Source: a phage
Strand: one strand, 5' to 3'
DNA: 64,000 nt
Assembly (NCBI GenBank): GCA_021081985.1
Contig: GCA_021081985.1_3639.1
The notes under the pieces are model-generated. The model did no database searches, was not told where the DNA came from, and saw nothing but the letters and a program-made list of their open reading frames with translations. The translations under genes and the position numbers were made by a program. This document shows positions 9,078-18,641 of the stretch, one piece after another (the first letter of the stretch is position 1; each line of letters starts with the position of its first letter).

Positions 9078-10052
9078 TCAGATGATATTAACAAGGGTAT
9101 TAGCCATCTCTTCTTTGGTGCGGATATTACGTCTGTCACGCATAACAGATCCACAACATTCGCAACGGTAAGCCTGAAATTTTGATAGATATGTTGTTCC
9201 TACCTTACCATCCATAACTGACAAATTATCAGAATTGCATCTTACACAACGAAGTTCAACATTATCATCCGGCTCATTAAAAAGTGTAACGTTAGGATGT
9301 TTTTTCATGAAAGGTCTTACTTTAAGATAAATACCTTCCAGTGTTGGAATATCACCAATGTTATAATATTCCATTTCCTCAAATGCCTTAACATCTCCGT
9401 GGCAGCATCGTTTCCACAAAGAGATTCCTTCGTGGTGTCTTTTACGAGCCTCTAGTTGAAAGTAGTTACACGCAGCTTCTAAGGAGTTAGAAGGTAATGA
9501 AAAAGCATTCTTTAACTCTGCAAGAGTATCAATAACAATATATGGCGATGGGGGGTTCATACCATGAAAAGCAAATCTTTGGTTTGCCCATCCTTTATCA
9601 AATTTAGCATTGTGTGCAATGAAAATATCACACTCATCCAAAATGTGCCACAAATCTTCCACAAGCTCTCTGTCATCATGGATATCTGTTTTAAATGTTT
9701 CGTAGTCAGGTAATTTACTACTTAATATTGCTGGATTGTCTAACCACTTCCCTGCCCATGTCAACATATATGGCTCGCTCTCTACGTGAGACGGAGAGAT
9801 GTTTTCTTTAATTCTTCTAAATACCCAAGCCAACGTTGGTGCTACTTCCACATCACCCAGAAAAATCTTTGCCCCTGGCTTTTTAGTGAGGGTCTCCACA
9901 ATCTGTTTTGATGCCTCTGTATTCTGAGCGTGAGCTTTAAGAACTAACCTGATATGTGACTCTTTACTTTCTTTTCCCAGATACCGACGAGCTATTTCTC
10001 TGTTGCTCAAACCTTTAGACTTTAACTCTAGAATTTCTTCTGCACTAAGCAT
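9078..10052 (-). CDS. DEDDh (DnaQ-like) 3'-5' exonuclease with N-terminal HTH and C-terminal Zn-ribbon
   Basis: LSNREIARRY HTH-like; DVEVAP, IAHNAKFD and YNIGD exonuclease motifs; CVRCN..CECCGS at C-terminus. Confidence 0.5.
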   Translation of the reverse strand: MLSAEEILELKSKGLSNREIARRYLGKESKESHIRLVLKAHAQNTEASKQIVETLTKKPGAKIFLGDVEVAPTLAWVFRRIKENISPSHVESEPYMLTWAGKWLDNPAILSSKLPDYETFKTDIHDDRELVEDLWHILDECDIFIAHNAKFDKGWANQRFAFHGMNPPSPYIVIDTLAELKNAFSLPSNSLEAACNYFQLEARKRHHEGISLWKRCCHGDVKAFEEMEYYNIGDIPTLEGIYLKVRPFMKKHPNVTLFNEPDDNVELRCVRCNSDNLSVMDGKVGTTYLSKFQAYRCECCGSVMRDRRNIRTKEEMANTLVNII

Positions 10053-10264
10053 TACACCTCTCTAACAAACTCGATGATATCGTTAACAGCAAAATCACGG
10101 ACATCACCCTTGTCGATATCGTATGCCCTCATTAGCCATTGAGGTTTTTTGTGATAAGGGGTCGTTCCAAACCACATTTTTGGGTCTAAAACATTTCTGT
10201 AGCCACACTTACCTTTCCAGTTTTTATAATAAAAACGTAGAGGGTTATTCAAATCTCCAGCCAA
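10052..10264 (-). CDS. hypothetical protein
   Basis: 70-aa ORF. Confidence 0.3.
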   Translation of the reverse strand: MAGDLNNPLRFYYKNWKGKCGYRNVLDPKMWFGTTPYHKKPQWLMRAYDIDKGDVRDFAVNDIIEFVREV

Positions 10265-10544
10265 AATTATCCTCCGTCTGCCTCACAAATTCCTTCAAAT
10301 ACAAGATAATACTATCCTGTTTCTTAGTTGTTGAAGGAATGTCTAATCCAAGGTCTTGTTTTGCTCTTTCGATGATCTTTTCATTAGAGCATCTTCTTAA
10401 GAACTTTAGCATGTCATCCTTATATGAGGGATGTAAAGGGTAACTGCTAAAATCCCTCTCAAGATAATCTGCAAGGTTTCTTAATGCTGTAGACAAAGAT
10501 GTTTCTGTGTGAAGTGACACATACTTCATCCAAGCCTTCAACAC
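10245..10544 (-). CDS. hypothetical protein
   Basis: 99-aa ORF. Confidence 0.3.
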   Translation of the reverse strand: MLKAWMKYVSLHTETSLSTALRNLADYLERDFSSYPLHPSYKDDMLKFLRRCSNEKIIERAKQDLGLDIPSTTKKQDSIILYLKEFVRQTEDNFGWRFE

Positions 10545-10768
10545 GTACCCTTCGAAAGTGTTAACACACTGACTAAGGACTCCACGGCATTTCCCTTCAA
10601 AATGGTCATGATCAAGACAAGGGTTGCGAAGTGGCTCACCTAAAACAGGATCAAGACCATTCTGGTCTAAGATTAGATATTCTCTAAACTCAGCTATTTG
10701 CTTAGGATTTTTTAACCAGAGACTATCGTTGAGAGGGACGCTTACTGCTTTCTTCCTTGGCTTACGTT

Positions 10769-11398
10769 TTACTTTCTGTTGTTTTTGTCTCTTTCTTGGG
10801 ATAATTCCTCCAAGAATTTTTTACCTATTAAGTAAGCATCAGCATAATCTGATTTACCAGCAGCCAATGTAATACCATCTAACCAACCAGGACAAACACA
10901 ATCAACAGCCCGTATCATGTGTGATTTTTCCATCTTTACTTTACGAGATGAGTATACCTTTTTCCCAGTCTTTTTGTCAAGTCTTTCTTTAACTATTTCT
11001 CTATCTTTTTCTGGGAGTAAGTTTCTGGCAAAAGACTTTAGAGAAGTTGGTGGTATTTTATGTATATTATCAAGCCACTCAGGTGATTTATCACATAAGG
11101 CATAGACAATGCAATGGAACAAACCTGCCAAATCACGCGTCGCATTCCCTACAGATCCGAAACTCAAATCCTCCATCACATACTTATCTATCTTGTACTT
11201 ATCAACTAATTCCAAGATCTTTTGAACTATGTGTCTGATTTGTTCGTAGACTGTATCGTAATAAACAACATCTTTATTTTTCTTAGACCTGCTGGAGTTA
11301 GATCCTGTTCTAATCATCTCTCTATATATGGGAACACCATGCTCCCATATAACAACAGCGCAGTGGGAGATTGACTGGTCAACCGACATCAGTCGCAT
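10769..11398 (-). CDS. RuvC-like Holliday junction resolvase
   Basis: N-terminal MSVD, VMEDLSFG and SDYADAYLIG resemble RuvC catalytic D/E/D-x-x-D motifs. Confidence 0.5.
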   Translation of the reverse strand: MRLMSVDQSISHCAVVIWEHGVPIYREMIRTGSNSSRSKKNKDVVYYDTVYEQIRHIVQKILELVDKYKIDKYVMEDLSFGSVGNATRDLAGLFHCIVYALCDKSPEWLDNIHKIPPTSLKSFARNLLPEKDREIVKERLDKKTGKKVYSSRKVKMEKSHMIRAVDCVCPGWLDGITLAAGKSDYADAYLIGKKFLEELSQERDKNNRK

Positions 11399-11708
11399 CT
11401 AAACCCCCATCAAAACTTTCAACAGCCTGATCTTTAAATAAAACTAAACCACATTCTAAATCACCATGCAACACACTTGTCAGAAGAACTAGTCTTTCTC
11501 CTTCTACCAACTCACAATCTTCTAAAATCTGTGCAGCAAATATTTTATCCTTGTTTATAAAATCATCCTTAAAAAGGATATGATCACCATTCTCATCTTC
11601 TACTAATTTCCACTGCCCTGTACCAACCAAGAACTTCGGTTTCAAAGACGATACAGAAAGTGCTTGGGTGTCCCTCATCACAGCTTCTATAATCATCACA
11701 TCTATCAT
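11379..11708 (-). CDS. hypothetical protein
   Basis: 109-aa ORF. Confidence 0.3.
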   Translation of the reverse strand: MIDVMIIEAVMRDTQALSVSSLKPKFLVGTGQWKLVEDENGDHILFKDDFINKDKIFAAQILEDCELVEGERLVLLTSVLHGDLECGLVLFKDQAVESFDGGLDATDVG

Positions 11709-12838
11709 AGTACCCCTACCCTTTTCAATTCTGTTGCTAGTGTTGTTTTATCATTGGGGTGTCTTTTCATGTAAACCATCTGGAAAATTACAGATGCCCA
11801 TTGACCAGCACTCATCTTTTTAAGGCTTCCATCCCAAGATGTAAATTCAACCCCGTTTGGAAACCATGCCTTATACTGGTCAACAATTGCTTCCCACATC
11901 TCTTTTTCTGTTCCAAGATGCCCGATCAAATTGAATGCCGCAGTATCCCCAAATCTTCCGTTTATATCAAAACACTGGTATGGTTTAATATTGTCAGAAA
12001 TATCACCACAAAGCATCTGATAACCGAAGAACTTTTTGCCCCAGCCTTTAACCTTATTACCTTCCATCCATATTTCACCCATTGAGTCATCAATCAGCAT
12101 TGGGGTTGGATGTTTCCACTGCTTCTCTCCGTTATCGCGCATCGTATCAAATAGCAGACCTGGTGTTCCTTTCTGATCCTTATCGAAGGATGCTATCAGG
12201 AAATTAAACTTACCTGTCTTCTTATAATTTTCCCACCCTGTGTACATTAGTACGGATAAGTAATCATCTGCTTCAACACCATTGATGACTTTTGCATTGT
12301 ACTTCTTCTTAACGTAATCTCGCGTTTCCTGTAAAAGCAACGGCCTGAGTAGATCTTCCCTATTACCTTTATATCTTTCTGGGGCAGGAAGCATAAGACG
12401 GAAATTATTCTCGCCACCAAGAACACCAACACCTTGCTTGCTACTAATTTCAAGATGATCAAAAATAGCATTGATCTTCATTTTGAGAAGATGAAGGCAA
12501 TTCTCAACAGGCTCCGGTGTTTGGATATCCTCAACAAGGAAGTCTTCCCTCGTCCAAGGTGTAAATGATTTTCCTGCGGCCTTTGCTTTCATTTCCATAT
12601 TGGCATTTTGGTCTTTTAGCCAACCGCCTACAACTTTTTTGGTTGATCCCCAAAACTCTGTGCGATTACGAAACTCTTTAGATTTCCCAGATTTAATATG
12701 CGTCGCTCGGATGGTTCTTTTTTCAGAACCAGCAGCCGATACGTAACATGTTTGATCTAAATCTAAGACAATTACACAATCATTTGTGATTTTATCTTTC
12801 CAGTTTTTATCGTATGGATACCCCACAACACCTCTCAA
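11705..12838 (-). CDS. flap endonuclease / 5'-3' exonuclease (RNase H-like)
   Basis: GVEADDYLS and LCGDISDNIKPY motifs typical of phage FEN/RNase H enzymes. Confidence 0.65.
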   Translation of the reverse strand: MRGVVGYPYDKNWKDKITNDCVIVLDLDQTCYVSAAGSEKRTIRATHIKSGKSKEFRNRTEFWGSTKKVVGGWLKDQNANMEMKAKAAGKSFTPWTREDFLVEDIQTPEPVENCLHLLKMKINAIFDHLEISSKQGVGVLGGENNFRLMLPAPERYKGNREDLLRPLLLQETRDYVKKKYNAKVINGVEADDYLSVLMYTGWENYKKTGKFNFLIASFDKDQKGTPGLLFDTMRDNGEKQWKHPTPMLIDDSMGEIWMEGNKVKGWGKKFFGYQMLCGDISDNIKPYQCFDINGRFGDTAAFNLIGHLGTEKEMWEAIVDQYKAWFPNGVEFTSWDGSLKKMSAGQWASVIFQMVYMKRHPNDKTTLATELKRVGVL

Positions 12839-13272
12839 GTATTACCTAAATAATCTTTCAAATAGCTAACGTCAAGTTCCCATTCCTGACGCTTACTTCT
12901 CTCACGATACAGAGCAAACGCCTCTTCAACATATTTTTCGGCTACATGTTGAGGGATGTTGTTAACTTTCATGAAATGCTTCAAAGCTATATGCCCTCTA
13001 CCTCGTAAACTAGCCAAACCAATATGTTTAACTTCGTGACACGATGGGCATAGTGCAATAAGACCTTTCAGGGTGATCTTACCATCTTCAAAATCCCATA
13101 CCTCGTGGCATTCAACAGGGTGTTTATGTCCTTTGCCACCGCAGATTTCACATTTATAACCTGCTTCTGCATAACATTTCTTTCTTACCTTGTCCCATTC
13201 TGATTTTGATAAGTAAGAACGTAAATTGTTGAACCATGCCGTTTTAGGTACTAGTTCAATAGTTAATCTCAT
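12835..13272 (-). CDS. HNH-like zinc-binding nuclease family protein (putative)
   Basis: CEICGG...HPVECHEVW...CPSCHEVKH Cys/His pattern. Confidence 0.35.
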   Translation of the reverse strand: MRLTIELVPKTAWFNNLRSYLSKSEWDKVRKKCYAEAGYKCEICGGKGHKHPVECHEVWDFEDGKITLKGLIALCPSCHEVKHIGLASLRGRGHIALKHFMKVNNIPQHVAEKYVEEAFALYRERSKRQEWELDVSYLKDYLGNT

Positions 13273-13450
13273 TCCGATTTCTCCCGAAGTACATATGCAA
13301 AATTCTCATCCAACTGGGCATTGGTAAAAGAGCCAGCAGAGAACATATCATTAGTGCCTTCAAATCATAATCTTGACAAACAAGCCATCCAATGCTTACC
13401 AAACATAAAGACAGGATAAAACTTAACAACACTATTAGCATATTTTTCAT
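13256..13450 (-). CDS. small hydrophobic membrane protein
   Basis: 64 aa, two hydrophobic segments. Confidence 0.25.
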   Translation of the reverse strand: MKNMLIVLLSFILSLCLVSIGWLVCQDYDLKALMICSLLALLPMPSWMRILHMYFGRNRNEINY

Positions 13451-13470
13451 AACAATCTATGTTCTATGTT

Positions 13471-13704
13471 TTAATGAAATATTCTTTTTGATGGGCAGCT
13501 TCCAGCACCTTCTTTAACCACTGTTTCTGTCCTATGCCCATCGCTATAAATACAGACTTTGGAATCACCATCACGATATTCTGCCTCAAGGCTCAAGGTG
13601 TTTGTGGTAGAAATTGCTAGAGGACTAAACAGAAGTGAGGACAGGAGGATAATGTTTTTAAATTTCATTTTTACCACCTTTGAAAAAGCCCGATGAAAGC
13701 TCAT
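13471..13704 (-). CDS. small secreted protein (signal peptide; probable start at internal Met near 13668)
   Basis: MKFKNIILLSSLLFSPLAIST signal-peptide-like N-terminus. Confidence 0.3.
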   Translation of the reverse strand: MSFHRAFSKVVKMKFKNIILLSSLLFSPLAISTTNTLSLEAEYRDGDSKVCIYSDGHRTETVVKEGAGSCPSKRIFH

Positions 13705-13709
13705 CGGGC
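13683..13709 (-). terminator. intrinsic terminator (minus strand)
   Basis: Plus strand aaaaaGCCCGATGAaagcTCATCGGGC; on the minus strand a 9-bp GC stem followed by a T-run. Confidence 0.5.
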
Positions 13710-13719
13710 ATACGGTATA

Positions 13720-14610
13720 TTATTTACCTGTAGGTAATGTTACAAACGGGGCTTGTGCTCCACTAGTCATATACACAGGTGTTACACCATTCCATTTATT
13801 AATTGCTTCAAGCTGCATAATCTCTGGATTTTTACGCAGGGCAGCACCACGTAGTTCAATAGACTCTGCATCACCTTTGGCAATCAAGATTTTAGCATCT
13901 GCTTCGCCTTGTGCCTGTAGGCGTTTAGACTCAGCCTCACCACGAGCAGCCTCGATACGTTTCTGAGCTTCAGCTTTCACTTGCTGAATTTCGTTTTCAC
14001 GAAGCAGTGCTTTTTGTGTTGCTTCGATCTTAGCATTGATGGAAGCCGTTACCTGTGGAGGATACACCAGATCGTCAGTATAAGACAGCTTCACAAGCAC
14101 GATACCAACAGGATCAAGTTTTTGTTTCAGATGCTTGGTTACACGCTCAAGCAGTTGTGTTTTTCCATCACCAGCCAGTGTACCGATATCCATTGAACCA
14201 GCTTCTTTGATCAAAGCATCAGAGATATTCTGGCGAATGTTTACCTCTGTAATTTCTTGCACACCTTTACGGTACGTCTGGAAAATAGTCGTTACTTTAG
14301 AACGATCAACATAATACTCAACACCAATTTTCGCAGAAACTGTCATAGAGTCTTTTGTCTGGAAATTGAATGGTTGGTCATAGTTATGCAACTGGTTAAA
14401 AGTCGGGAACTGATAAATCTCTTCGTTCCAAGTCAGCCAGTACTTACCTACCCCAACCTCTTGTTGTTGGACACCTTTTTCATCACCGTACAGATCAACT
14501 TTAACGCCAACGTAACCTGCTGGGACTGTTGCACGTTCACAACCTGTCAGGCCAATTGCGGAGACAGCAAGAATACCTGCAAAAATAACTCGTTTAATAG
14601 ATTTAAACAT
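13720..14610 (-). CDS. SPFH/band-7 (prohibitin/HflK-like) lipoprotein
   Basis: Lipobox LTGC after a hydrophobic N-terminus; band-7-like core; C-terminal coiled coil AEAQKRIEAARGEAESKRLQAQGEADAK. Confidence 0.6.
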   Translation of the reverse strand: MFKSIKRVIFAGILAVSAIGLTGCERATVPAGYVGVKVDLYGDEKGVQQQEVGVGKYWLTWNEEIYQFPTFNQLHNYDQPFNFQTKDSMTVSAKIGVEYYVDRSKVTTIFQTYRKGVQEITEVNIRQNISDALIKEAGSMDIGTLAGDGKTQLLERVTKHLKQKLDPVGIVLVKLSYTDDLVYPPQVTASINAKIEATQKALLRENEIQQVKAEAQKRIEAARGEAESKRLQAQGEADAKILIAKGDAESIELRGAALRKNPEIMQLEAINKWNGVTPVYMTSGAQAPFVTLPTGK

Positions 14611-14623
14611 TAAAACAATCTCC

Positions 14624-14836
14624 TTACTTTTTAAGTTTCCCAGTCTTCTTCTTAGAAGACTGTCCTAAGAACACCTTACGCCCCCAGACAAAAACAATCA
14701 TCGGAGACACAAACACCATTGCAAAACCACACATTACCATCAGTGTGTCTTTTGCAGACAGCATTGTTGGTACTACAAATCCAATGATGACACAGATAAA
14801 AACAAGAATACCAACGCAATTTAAATACGTCTTCAC
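14624..14836 (-). CDS. small two-TM membrane protein with basic C-terminus (holin-like candidate)
   Basis: 70 aa, two hydrophobic helices, C-terminal KKKTGKLKK. Confidence 0.3.
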   Translation of the reverse strand: MKTYLNCVGILVFICVIIGFVVPTMLSAKDTLMVMCGFAMVFVSPMIVFVWGRKVFLGQSSKKKTGKLKK

Positions 14837-14838
14837 AA

Positions 14839-15156
14839 TTATCCCTCACGACCAAACAGAATATCCACCTCAGCCATTTGCTCAACCTTTTCCTCAAGGT
14901 CTTTTCGCTTCTTACCCGCTTGGTATTGTCGGTCAAATTCTGCATTTATCATTGCATTGATAAATTTAGGGTCGTATCCGTGGCTTTCTTTTTCTACGGA
15001 TACAATATCTTTAAGCATGTCACTTGCGTCTTTTTTCATGATGCGAGCTTCAACACCTTCCAAGATGACTTTTTTCAGTCGATCGCGCTCAACAGGATCA
15101 GAAGGTAAAGTATTTTTCAGTTCAATTTTTGTTTTAGGCATACGTGGCATTTTCAT
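14839..15156 (-). CDS. hypothetical protein
   Basis: 105-aa ORF downstream of a promoter-like element. Confidence 0.3.
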   Translation of the reverse strand: MKMPRMPKTKIELKNTLPSDPVERDRLKKVILEGVEARIMKKDASDMLKDIVSVEKESHGYDPKFINAMINAEFDRQYQAGKKRKDLEEKVEQMAEVDILFGREG

Positions 15157-15180
15157 CTCCTCTGTCTACGTATAAATTTA

Positions 15181-15208
15181 ATTATAAAAATTTTATATGG
15201 TTTGTCAA
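15181..15208 (-). promoter_or_regulatory. sigma70-like promoter (TTGACA-16-TATAAT) on minus strand
   Basis: Minus-strand reading TTGACAaaccatataaaattttTATAAT upstream of the gene starting at 15156. Confidence 0.4.
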
Positions 15209-15214
15209 GGGGTA

Positions 15215-15421
15215 TTAAATAAAATCTACACCAATTAAATCACCATCACAACGAGCAATATTATCTGCCACACTGCTAAGTTCATAGACATAGCAAGTAT
15301 GAGCATATTTCTTAGCGCCACCCCAACGGCGCTTTACAACAAAGCGTACAACACACTTCTGAAACAGTGTTTCTGTACCACCGCGTTGTTCGATCTTCTT
15401 GATAAGGTCTTCGATATTCAC
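15215..15421 (-). CDS. hypothetical protein
   Basis: 68-aa ORF. Confidence 0.3.
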   Translation of the reverse strand: MNIEDLIKKIEQRGGTETLFQKCVVRFVVKRRWGGAKKYAHTCYVYELSSVADNIARCDGDLIGVDFI

Positions 15422-15433
15422 TTTTTACCACAC

Positions 15434-15461
15434 TTCCAAAACAAGCCCCTTATAAGGGGCT
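15434..15461 (-). terminator. palindromic hairpin, terminator-like (minus strand)
   Basis: AGCCCCTtataAGGGGCT with T-rich tract on the minus strand. Confidence 0.4.
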
Positions 15462-15482
15462 ATTGTTATATATATATATTGA

Positions 15483-16172
15483 TTACACTTTAATAATCGG
15501 TTCAACAAAGGTAATTGGTTTCATAATTTTACCATTACCATCCATAAAGGCAACACGTTCACCGACCTGAACATGGATTACAGAATTATAACGTCCTTTT
15601 GAACGGCGTTCAATCTCTTTGCATTCAAACTCCAACATTTCTAGTTCTTTATCCTTGTAGTCAGGATATTTAACAAGCAGTTGTGTAATTGTTGGGAACT
15701 TAGAGTCGTTAGAATTAAGAACCTCTTCCATATTATACCCAAGATTGATATCCAATTTATAGCATAAAGCCACAACTTGTTTCAAAATCTCAGCATAATC
15801 AGAGATTTTCAACTTATCTTTATGTACCAAGTCAAGCAAACTACCGATTTGCAACTCAACCGTGTCTGAGGGAACCATGCATGACTCCCATTTTTCAGTG
15901 TCCCATTGCACCAAACGCAAAGCGTAAGAGCTTACGACAAAAAGATCACAGGCTGCATCAATAACCGCTGCCTTGTCGGATGATGATAAGGCTTCAATAA
16001 GCTCAGAAAGCTCCTCTTTAATAAGATTTGTTTGTAGTTTAATATCTGTTGACATTCCTCCACGACCAATCCTTGCTACCTCATTCCATTGGGCAACACG
16101 ATGACCATATGCAATCATGTTATCAGGCTTACTCATGGTTTCAAGTGTGGAATACATATTTTTTAAATTCAT
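15483..16172 (-). CDS. MazG-like nucleotide pyrophosphohydrolase (putative)
   Basis: IKEELSELIEALSSSDKAAVIDAACDL resembles the EExxE...D all-alpha NTP-PPase motif. Confidence 0.35.
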   Translation of the reverse strand: MNLKNMYSTLETMSKPDNMIAYGHRVAQWNEVARIGRGGMSTDIKLQTNLIKEELSELIEALSSSDKAAVIDAACDLFVVSSYALRLVQWDTEKWESCMVPSDTVELQIGSLLDLVHKDKLKISDYAEILKQVVALCYKLDINLGYNMEEVLNSNDSKFPTITQLLVKYPDYKDKELEMLEFECKEIERRSKGRYNSVIHVQVGERVAFMDGNGKIMKPITFVEPIIKV

Positions 16173-16181
16173 CTCTTCTCC

Positions 16182-16553
16182 TTAATTTACTGCATCTGGT
16201 ATATGATCACCATCTGGTTGATCACGAATTATTCTTAGAGGTAACAAAGCACCATTTTTTCCTGTGAACAGACATTTATCTGCATAGCTACCATTCTTGT
16301 ACCAAGAGTATGATGTATTAACTTTATAAGTCATACCATCAAACTGGCAAGCAACAGTGTTAATTATTGGCCTAATAAGACAAAATGTAAGGATACCAAT
16401 AACAACAAACCATGCGATAATAATCTTGCGAATATTTGGTTTTACCCAATCAATAAAATCATCTAATTTATCCCGTCTGAACCTATATGCCAGATACACA
16501 CATACAGAGAACAGTACAGTAGTCAGTAGAACGAACACCCAATACCAAATCAT
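16182..16553 (-). CDS. membrane protein
   Basis: 123 aa with two hydrophobic helices. Confidence 0.3.
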   Translation of the reverse strand: MIWYWVFVLLTTVLFSVCVYLAYRFRRDKLDDFIDWVKPNIRKIIIAWFVVIGILTFCLIRPIINTVACQFDGMTYKVNTSYSWYKNGSYADKCLFTGKNGALLPLRIIRDQPDGDHIPDAVN

Positions 16554-16565
16554 AATTATTAACCT

Positions 16566-17891
16566 TTAATATATAGGATCCCACGTCAAAGAATCTACCT
16601 CACGAACACATTTGCCAACAGGAAATTGCGGAACACCGTCATCGGTCCTTGCTTGGTATGTAAAAGTTATATACTTGCCGATAAGTTTTTTCATATTCTC
16701 TTGTGAGCGTTCTTCGTGTGTGCCTCTCATCTTACAGTTAAATTGTGTACCATCCTTCTCAGCACACAACAGGACACCTTCTCCATTCTTATCCTCAAAG
16801 GAATCAAGAACTCTGGCCTCACCATCCTGAAACAATTTCCACTTTTGAAGATCAGACGATCTTTGTCCAAACTCATACTTTCCGTGAAAGTTCCTTATTA
16901 CAACACCCTCATAACCTGCTTCCATAAACTCCTTGATGAGCATTTTAACACGATCCTCATCAGACACTATTGCTCCGTGCACTACTTTAATCAGGTTATA
17001 AGGCCATGTATACTCAGAGACTTTCTGTAAATTATTAAACCTACACTTGTCTGTGTCAGAAGACATCCATGGTGTGTCATCTTCCGAAGGTATATCGAAA
17101 ATATGATATTCTAAGTCTAAACTTGAATAACCACAATACTTATTAATATTTTTCTCTGGTTTCTTTGTGATAGGATGTTCTAACCCTTCGGAGTCTTTCC
17201 AAAACTCATCACCATTGTTAATTGCTTTTTCAAATCGCTTTATGTCTGATTGATAGTCTTTTTCTATCTCACATTCTATCTCTTCTGGTGTTCTCCATTT
17301 CTTAGCCAAAGAGACTATTTTCTGGAGACTTAACCCATGAATATACAACTCTCCATCAAACATTTTCAATCCTGTCTTTTTGGCTAGTTTAGACATCTGA
17401 TCAAGCAATTGGCCTTGTACAGGATATGTTTTATTGCCACGACTATTAAACACAGGCACGCCATCATCACCAACCAGAACAAGTGCTCTAACACCATCAA
17501 GTTTTGGTTGAACATGCAAAGGATACACTAAAGAACTTTTCCTTTTGATGGCATCATGTGCCAGCATTGGTGAGAAATCTTGGGTTTTTGTAAGATCATC
17601 CTTAGATACGCGATACCCAAGGCGTACTTGTTTTTCCCACTTAGATTTTGCCTCCAAAACAGCTTGTTCTGTATCAGTTGTCTCATTTTTCTTACCGATG
17701 TTTTTGGCAAAGCATTTTGTGCGTTTATACTGCATTTTACCGTTTTCTTTACCAAACTCAACAACAGTTTCTGATCCATCTGCCCACACATTCCACACTT
17801 GATATGTACCATCCCTGTTTAGGGCGTATAGTGTTGGAAGGTTATTTTCAAGCATTAAATACCTCGCTTGTGACAACAGGTTTTCCTTCAA
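16566..17891 (-). CDS. ATP-dependent DNA ligase
   Basis: Nucleotidyltransferase motif I KLDGVRAL (KxDGxR); 441 aa. Confidence 0.7.
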   Translation of the reverse strand: MKENLLSQARYLMLENNLPTLYALNRDGTYQVWNVWADGSETVVEFGKENGKMQYKRTKCFAKNIGKKNETTDTEQAVLEAKSKWEKQVRLGYRVSKDDLTKTQDFSPMLAHDAIKRKSSLVYPLHVQPKLDGVRALVLVGDDGVPVFNSRGNKTYPVQGQLLDQMSKLAKKTGLKMFDGELYIHGLSLQKIVSLAKKWRTPEEIECEIEKDYQSDIKRFEKAINNGDEFWKDSEGLEHPITKKPEKNINKYCGYSSLDLEYHIFDIPSEDDTPWMSSDTDKCRFNNLQKVSEYTWPYNLIKVVHGAIVSDEDRVKMLIKEFMEAGYEGVVIRNFHGKYEFGQRSSDLQKWKLFQDGEARVLDSFEDKNGEGVLLCAEKDGTQFNCKMRGTHEERSQENMKKLIGKYITFTYQARTDDGVPQFPVGKCVREVDSLTWDPIY

Positions 17892-18633
17892 GGTGATTTT
17901 CTACCAACTCAATAAGTTTTTGGTTGCTGAATGCTTCAACTGCTCCACAGCGCATTTGGTACACACCATATTTATCATACTGCTCTTGTTCAAAGTAATT
18001 GATCGCTGGGTTTATTACAACCAGTTTAATACCTCGTTTTGCGATTGCATGCAGCAATTCCCAGTTAAAGTCGATAACCTGATTAGAGCAGCCAACCAGA
18101 AGTACAAGATCTTGAGTATTCAAGTCATCAAGCATGGTAAACATGTCCTGATAAAGTGGTGCATTCTCACCGAAAAATACCACATTTGGCTTGCACCACC
18201 AGTAATCATCAGGGTCAACAACCGCATATCCGACATCAATCACACGTTTAGGAAACTCTTCACCATTCTGTACAACAAGCTCTTTGAGAAAACCATGTAC
18301 ATGGAGAATATCCTTCTTTTCAATGCCAGCACGTTCAAGCAGATCGTCAACGTTTGTTGTAAGATTACGTACTTGTCCAGGATAACGGTTATACCATTCT
18401 GCTACACGAAGATGTGCCATGTTGGGGTGCACAGTCTTCAATTCTTCACGGCGTTTGTTATAAAATTCGTGTGTTTTGTGGTAAAAATTACCACGAAATG
18501 CATGAATATTACATACTTCTTCAAGATCATATTCATCCCAAAGAGCTTTACCTGACGAAGTATCTGTACGGAATGTGCGAATACCGCTTTCTGTTGACAT
18601 ACCTGCACCACTAATCACAAGTAATCGACGCAT
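17848..18633 (-). CDS. Sir2-family (sirtuin-like) NAD-dependent protein
   Basis: GAGMSTESGIRTFR, TTNVDDL, HVHG, VVFFGE motifs; no CxxC...CxxC Zn ribbon seen. Confidence 0.65.
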   Translation of the reverse strand: MRRLLVISGAGMSTESGIRTFRTDTSSGKALWDEYDLEEVCNIHAFRGNFYHKTHEFYNKRREELKTVHPNMAHLRVAEWYNRYPGQVRNLTTNVDDLLERAGIEKKDILHVHGFLKELVVQNGEEFPKRVIDVGYAVVDPDDYWWCKPNVVFFGENAPLYQDMFTMLDDLNTQDLVLLVGCSNQVIDFNWELLHAIAKRGIKLVVINPAINYFEQEQYDKYGVYQMRCGAVEAFSNQKLIELVENHLEGKPVVTSEVFNA

Positions 18634-18641
18634 ATAACCAC

